NCBI GenBank assembly: GCA_965662895.1
Contig: CBFIJH010000001.1
Coordinates: 32,001 to 96,000 of the forward strand
Reading direction: 5' to 3'
Length of the DNA stretch: 64,000 bases
DNA from: Candidatus Poseidoniaceae archaeon
Lineage (GTDB): Archaea > Thermoplasmatota > Poseidoniia > Poseidoniales > Poseidoniaceae
Shown here: piece by piece, positions 59,388 to 64,000 of the stretch
Layout of the letters: each line of letters begins with the position of its first letter
Numbering within the stretch: position 1 is the stretch's first letter
Made by a program: the position numbers and the translations under genes
The notes under the pieces: generated by a model
What the model was told of the DNA's origin: nothing
The model's database searches: none
What the model saw: the letters and a program-made list of their open reading frames with translations, nothing else

Positions 59388-60171
59388 TCGTTTCAGCATC
59401 CTTGTGTTCTTTTTCAACGGATAACGCATGATTGAGAACAACATTCCAATCATTCTGATATTCAATTGGGTCTTTTCGACCGATGGAATGGAATGCTAGT
59501 ATTCGCTCAACATCTGATCCGCTTTTACCCGAACTTCTTCCCAATTCATCGGGATTGTACGAAGTAATTGTGTTCCGAAGTACATCATCAAAATCCAATC
59601 CAAGGTGTTGTGAGGATTGAATTGCATCGTTGAGTATTGTCGCTTTGTCACCGTGGAGATACGGAAGATCGAATTGAACCATCTCACTTTCCCAGTTTCC
59701 AATTTCAAACGCCGCTTGAAGCGCTTGATAGAATTCTGGACGACAATCAGGATAGATTGCATGATCTCCGCTATGGACGCCAAGGGCAAGAATAACACGC
59801 TCTTGCCGGCGTTTTGCCTCAGACAATGCAAATCCATACAGTATTGATGCAAAAATTGCGTTTCTGTTTGGAACAACAGTCTGCTTCATTTGCGTTTCTT
59901 CGTAATGACCCAGTGGAACATCTTGTTCTTTGGAAGTCAATGCAGAGTCAAACAAGGACATCGCTGGTGATAAGTCGACGATGTGATGTTCAACAGAAAA
60001 CCCATTGGATTTGCATAATTCAATGGTTTGCTTTGCCTTTTGAATTTCGATGACGTGTTTTTGACCATAATTGTATGATATACATACGGCACGATAATCT
60101 TTGGAGAGGTAATGAAAAAGCAGGCATGTCGAATCCATACCCCCGCTTAATGCCATGACGACTGTTTTCAT
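59377..60171 (-). CDS. queC: 7-cyano-7-deazaguanine synthase (Cys-free C-terminus)
   Basis: SGGMDS, YGQKH, VPNRNAIF, YPDCRPEF; TITSY...SGKSGSD in place of the Zn motif. Confidence 0.93.
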   Translation of the reverse strand: MKTVVMALSGGMDSTCLLFHYLSKDYRAVCISYNYGQKHVIEIQKAKQTIELCKSNGFSVEHHIVDLSPAMSLFDSALTSKEQDVPLGHYEETQMKQTVVPNRNAIFASILYGFALSEAKRRQERVILALGVHSGDHAIYPDCRPEFYQALQAAFEIGNWESEMVQFDLPYLHGDKATILNDAIQSSQHLGLDFDDVLRNTITSYNPDELGRSSGKSGSDVERILAFHSIGRKDPIEYQNDWNVVLNHALSVEKEHKDAETNEH

Positions 60172-60818
60172 AATATCCCCATCCACTTATGCGTCTGCAA
60201 TGAAAGTCTCCAGCCGGGGTTCTCTTTGACGATTTGTTCGGTTGATTGAAACAAAGCGCCGTTCTTTTCAATTGATTCGGATTCAATGTAACACGGTTGG
60301 ATAAAATGGTGGTCAAATTCCGTTTTTAAATCATCGTACATTGAAAGTTCCTGCCCACAGTAGACAACTTTCAATTCATTACCAGTTCGCTGACGAATCA
60401 CTGAGTTTGGATAGACTTGATCTTTTGGCGATATGCAAATCCAATCCAGAAGTCCTTCTGGTATCTGAATGGTTCCGTTGCTCTCAATCGAGAGATTGAA
60501 GTCCCGACGCTTCAGTAATCGATGCAAAGGCCAAAGGTCGTGAAGCATTGGTTCCCCGCCAGTAAAAATCACTCGTTTGCAATTGTATTGCAGAATTTCT
60601 CCGAGAATATCCAAGGCATTCATTGATGTGAACGTGTCAAAATCTGTGTCACACCACGAACATCGTAAATTGCATGTTCCAAAGCGAACAAAAACATGGG
60701 GAATTCCTGCATGGAAACCTTCACCCTGAACCGAAAAAAATATTTCAACAATTGGATATTCTGCAGCCAAGTCTTTCGGATCATCCCCAACGTGCTCGCC
60801 AGAGCGTTCGCAGTCCAT
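60168..60818 (-). CDS. queE: 7-carboxy-7-deazaguanine synthase (radical SAM)
   Basis: EIFFSVQGEG, CNLRCSWCDT, TGGEP, ESNG, SPK, QTHK. Confidence 0.95.
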   Translation of the reverse strand: MDCERSGEHVGDDPKDLAAEYPIVEIFFSVQGEGFHAGIPHVFVRFGTCNLRCSWCDTDFDTFTSMNALDILGEILQYNCKRVIFTGGEPMLHDLWPLHRLLKRRDFNLSIESNGTIQIPEGLLDWICISPKDQVYPNSVIRQRTGNELKVVYCGQELSMYDDLKTEFDHHFIQPCYIESESIEKNGALFQSTEQIVKENPGWRLSLQTHKWMGIL

Positions 60819-60824
60819 CAAGCA

Positions 60825-61391
60825 TCAACTCGAATTTTCAATAAGTTGCATAAGCTCGTTACGTGCTTCCTTCTTGTCGAAAAATACACCACGCATGGCA
60901 CTTGTCGTCATGATTGCATTCTGTTTACGTACTCCTCTGCAACGCATGCATCCATGAGATGCTTGTAAAATGACAGCCGCACCAAGTGGATTTAGTTGCT
61001 CGACGAGGTCGTTTGCAACGTCATTTGTAATTCGTTCTTGATTTTGTAATCGTAGAGCATGGTGATCAACAATCCGTGCCAATTTCGAAATTCCAACAAT
61101 ACGGTCCACAGGAATGTATGCCACGTGTGCCTTCCCGCTGAAAGGTTGAAGATGGTGTTCACAGGTCGAGTGAAATTCAATGTTGCTCAGGAGTACAATT
61201 CCATCGTATCCCTCGGCATTAAATGTCGCCTGAAGAATGTCTTTTGAATCGGTTGAATAGCCAGCAAAGATTTCATCCCAGGAATCGATTACTCGTGAAG
61301 GAGTATTCATCAGACCTTCTCGATCCGGGTCTTGTTCCAGATACTTCAGTAGTGTGTATACGGCTTTTTCAGCTTCATCTCTCGTCGTCAT
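60825..61391 (-). CDS. folE: GTP cyclohydrolase I (type IA)
   Basis: REGL..TP.R, STCEHHLQPF, GISKLAR, RLQNQER, HGCMRCRG. Confidence 0.95.
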   Translation of the reverse strand: MTTRDEAEKAVYTLLKYLEQDPDREGLMNTPSRVIDSWDEIFAGYSTDSKDILQATFNAEGYDGIVLLSNIEFHSTCEHHLQPFSGKAHVAYIPVDRIVGISKLARIVDHHALRLQNQERITNDVANDLVEQLNPLGAAVILQASHGCMRCRGVRKQNAIMTTSAMRGVFFDKKEARNELMQLIENSS

Positions 61392-61566
61392 TGTGCTTCC
61401 CTCCAATGCGCCCGTGTCGGCTATCGATGGAATCCAATTGGTCCAACAGTTTACGGCATGCAGAACGTATCGCATCCGCTACACTGATGAATTTCTTTTC
61501 ATCACCTACATGCAACTTCAAATCGGTAAGAAGTTCATTCGGCATGTCCAGACTTATCTTGGGCAT
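61375..61566 (-). CDS. Ribbon-helix-helix (CopG/NikR-N-like) regulator
   Basis: MPKISLDMP.ELL..L......F.SV.DAIR.A.R.L pattern; first gene of the que operon. Confidence 0.8.
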   Translation of the reverse strand: MPKISLDMPNELLTDLKLHVGDEKKFISVADAIRSACRKLLDQLDSIDSRHGRIGGKHNDDER

Positions 61567-61575
61567 AGCCTGTGC

Positions 61576-61594
61576 ATATTATGGTAATATAATA
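61576..61594. promoter_or_regulatory. Palindromic putative operator overlapping the que-operon promoter
   Basis: ATATTA-TGG-TAATAT (61576-61590) plus TATTAT-N6-ATAATA (61577-61594), 10-28 nt upstream of the RHH ATG. Confidence 0.55.
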
Positions 61595-61600
61595 AGAATA

Positions 61601-62815
61601 CTATGATTTCGTGGTGATGATGTCTTCTCGGTGAAACTGTTTCGCTGCATAACGGACCGTAAGGATGCAAATAAGCGACGATACACCAATCCAAATAAGG
61701 ACGTGCTCAATGATAATTCGATTAAGCAGCAACTCACGTAAACCAAGTAATACATTCACAAAAGGTACGCCAAACCAAAACAATTCAACATCATCAAGAT
61801 TGATAAATTGCGTGAGCAGGATTGGTAGAATCATCGCCAACGTCACTGGGGTTAAGACAGATCCAGCCTCCTTGACCGACTTTGAACGCATGGCAAGAGC
61901 GAGGTAGAGAGCCACAATCATGGTGCCGTAAAACCCAACAGCAAAAGTGAGCAAGACAATGGCCGGTAGACTAAGCGATGGGACATCGATGAAATCACTT
62001 GCAAGATAAGCAATCCCAAACAACAGTCCACTGATTTGCAAGGCAACGCCAACACCTGTGATTGTAACAACGGCTAACCATTTTCCGAGCAACAATTCCG
62101 TTCTTGATAAAGGTAAACTGAGAAGGGATTCCAACGTACCTCGCTCTCGTTCACCAACAGTCATATCAATAGAAGGTTGAACAGCTGCACTTGCAGTCCA
62201 AATCGCCAATACAAATGGAATGAACAAGGACAATAGCATACCAGCCTGTTCACCTTTTGTAGCCACATCTGCATCGGATATCGTTCCGTCCCATTGGACT
62301 GGATTGAGTGTTGATTCAACATTTAGCCCCGCTGATTCGATCCGCTGCGCGGTCAAATCGTCTTCCCACTGAGAAAGCACGTCGAGCAATCGACTACGAG
62401 CCTCATTTGATTGTTCAGATGTGGATAGGTGCAAAATCGCGTAATACCAGGTTTCGTTTCTTAATTCCATTCTCAGAATTGCATCGATTTCCAATTCTCT
62501 GAGTTGATCTGTGTTGTTCCCTGAGTCTGAAAGGGATTCCAAATCTACAGGTAATGGTTCAATTGAAATTGCTGCTGATTGATTCACTATCTCCTGAACG
62601 AGATAATTTTCAATATCATCGGATTGTATGAGGATCTCCACAGTTTTTTGTTCCAATTCGGCTGCCTCATTCTGCATAACAACAGGAAACGCAATGAAAA
62701 GCAACGGAAAAAGAAGCAATGGAATGAGGACAAGAGCTACGATCGTTCTCCAATCCCGAACAAATTCGATGATTTCTTTCTTGGCTACGATTACGATTCG
62801 TCTTCGACTACTCAT
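61601..62815 (-). CDS. ABC-2 type permease, NatB-like
   Basis: KKE...RDWR, GERERGTLESLLSLP...LLGK, SKSVKEA, VPFVN. Confidence 0.88.
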   Translation of the reverse strand: MSSRRRIVIVAKKEIIEFVRDWRTIVALVLIPLLLFPLLFIAFPVVMQNEAAELEQKTVEILIQSDDIENYLVQEIVNQSAAISIEPLPVDLESLSDSGNNTDQLRELEIDAILRMELRNETWYYAILHLSTSEQSNEARSRLLDVLSQWEDDLTAQRIESAGLNVESTLNPVQWDGTISDADVATKGEQAGMLLSLFIPFVLAIWTASAAVQPSIDMTVGERERGTLESLLSLPLSRTELLLGKWLAVVTITGVGVALQISGLLFGIAYLASDFIDVPSLSLPAIVLLTFAVGFYGTMIVALYLALAMRSKSVKEAGSVLTPVTLAMILPILLTQFINLDDVELFWFGVPFVNVLLGLRELLLNRIIIEHVLIWIGVSSLICILTVRYAAKQFHREDIITTKS

Positions 62816-63629
62816 CCTCGGCCACCTCCATTGGTTTGGAGCGCGTGAAGAATTTCCTCCACAGAAGTGAAAATTTCGATGGCTTTTCCACCTCTTGCAA
62901 TCGGGGTCTTGCAGTTTCACTCGTCAACGTGACATAGGCCTCTTCGAGTGTTGATGTATCTGTCATGGCGAGTAATTCTTCAGGAGTTCCATCCGCCTGT
63001 ATCAATCCATTATGGACGATGATTATACGGTCGCACACTTGTTGGGCTTCAGCTAAATGGTGCGTGGAATAAATCACGGTTCCACCCTCATCTTTCAATT
63101 TTCGAACGAGTGAACGAACCGTTCGTGCTGATGTGACATCCAACCCTCCGGTTGGTTCGTCGAGAAGAAGGATTTGAGGTCCATGTGCTAACGCACGCAA
63201 GAGAGCAGTTTTTTGCTTCATACCTCTCGAGAATCCTTCTGTATATCGATGCAAGGAGTGCTCGATATCGAGCAATTGTGCAAAACGGTAGGTTCGGTTC
63301 CATGCAACTTGATCATCAATACCATGAAGACGACTATGGTATCGAATGTTCTCCCAAGCTGTCAATTTTGAATAAAGGCCTGTAGATTCCGGTACCACAC
63401 CCAAAACATTTCGCATTTCGGAAACATGCCGTCCATTGTCCAATTGAATCGTACCCTTGGTAGGCTGATACACTCCCGACATTAGTCGCAGTAAGGTGGT
63501 CTTACCAGCTCCATTCCCGCCAACGAGACCAACAACCGAATTTCCGTAAATATCGATGTTAACATGCTCAATCGCTTGGATATCACCGAAAGATTTCCTA
63601 ACATCGATGAGTTTTAAGAGCGGCTCCAT
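62808..63629 (-). CDS. ABC transporter ATP-binding protein, NatA-like
   Basis: GGNGAGKTT, FSRGMKQK, LLLDEPTGGLD, STHH. Confidence 0.92.
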   Translation of the reverse strand: MEPLLKLIDVRKSFGDIQAIEHVNIDIYGNSVVGLVGGNGAGKTTLLRLMSGVYQPTKGTIQLDNGRHVSEMRNVLGVVPESTGLYSKLTAWENIRYHSRLHGIDDQVAWNRTYRFAQLLDIEHSLHRYTEGFSRGMKQKTALLRALAHGPQILLLDEPTGGLDVTSARTVRSLVRKLKDEGGTVIYSTHHLAEAQQVCDRIIIVHNGLIQADGTPEELLAMTDTSTLEEAYVTLTSETARPRLQEVEKPSKFSLLWRKFFTRSKPMEVAEDE

Positions 63630-63640
63630 TTCAAGCACAC

Positions 63641-64000
63641 TCAAGAGGCTCGACCACTTTCAACGGCAAGATCAAGACCAGGGTGTTTTTCTTCAAGCCG
63701 TTTGGCGCGGTCGAGTGTATTATGCAGTTCAACCTGTATTTCTTGCTGCGACACTCCCATTTCAATGAGCGTTCCTATCAACTCAAATGCGCCTTGAACT
63801 GCACCAGCATCGAGAAAGGCTTCATTGGTAATCGTCCCATTATGTCGGAGGATTTCCAATTGTTGGGATAGAAATTCTGATTCACGTCGAATACGAGGAC
63901 CTGCAACGTGAGATAGGGCCAGTATATGATCGATGCAACTCCTCATCAGGTTGGTGTGGTCAAGGACAATTATGAGCATTCTGTATGGATTGTCTCTCAT
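63641..64000 (-). CDS. Hypothetical helical protein (start uncertain at window edge)
   Basis: Open frame whose stop lies 12 nt upstream of the ABC ATPase start. Confidence 0.55.
   Translation of the reverse strand: MRDNPYRMLIIVLDHTNLMRSCIDHILALSHVAGPRIRRESEFLSQQLEILRHNGTITNEAFLDAGAVQGAFELIGTLIEMGVSQQEIQVELHNTLDRAKRLEEKHPGLDLAVESGRAS

Noticed and set aside
58558-61391. 7-deazaguanine DNA-modification (Dpd) defence island
   Set aside because: No dpdA/tgt-like, helicase or nuclease genes and no mobile context; a housekeeping preQ0 pathway is more parsimonious.

Overview
A gene-dense, non-mobile chromosomal segment (~45% GC by eye) of an archaeon. It is very probably Marine Group II / Ca. Poseidoniales (Thermoplasmatota), an inference from archaeal information genes (valS, endA, archease, SRP RNA with helix 6, rps19e-PDCD5-rpl39e-rpl31e-rps17e, geranylgeranyl reductase) mixed with bacterial-type metabolic genes (class 2 pyrD, topB, split pntAAB, mdh, pepP, mqnC-like) and large acidic surface proteins. 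I see no CRISPR array, IS element, tRNA or rRNA. Three features missed by the ORF track are an SRP RNA (32224-32520), rpl39e (56847-57002) and a partial RadA-like gene at the left edge, divergent from dinB. Most notable observations: (1) a recurrent non-canonical promoter box TT[CG]A[AT] about 27-36 nt upstream of starts, used bidirectionally in one case; (2) an RHH-regulator-led folE-queE-queC-msrB-queD operon with a palindromic operator and a QueC lacking all four Zn-ligand cysteines, mirrored by loss of three CxxC knuckles in ValRS; (3) a degenerate TatC fused to a Cys-rich HdrA-N-like domain beside a CxCH/Reeler protein; (4) a GC-rich hairpin leader on valS; (5) a degenerate RadA paralog paired with DinB; (6) a lipoyl/biotinyl-like domain inside a giant Ca-binding surface protein. 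All family assignments come from motif recognition by eye, not database searches.
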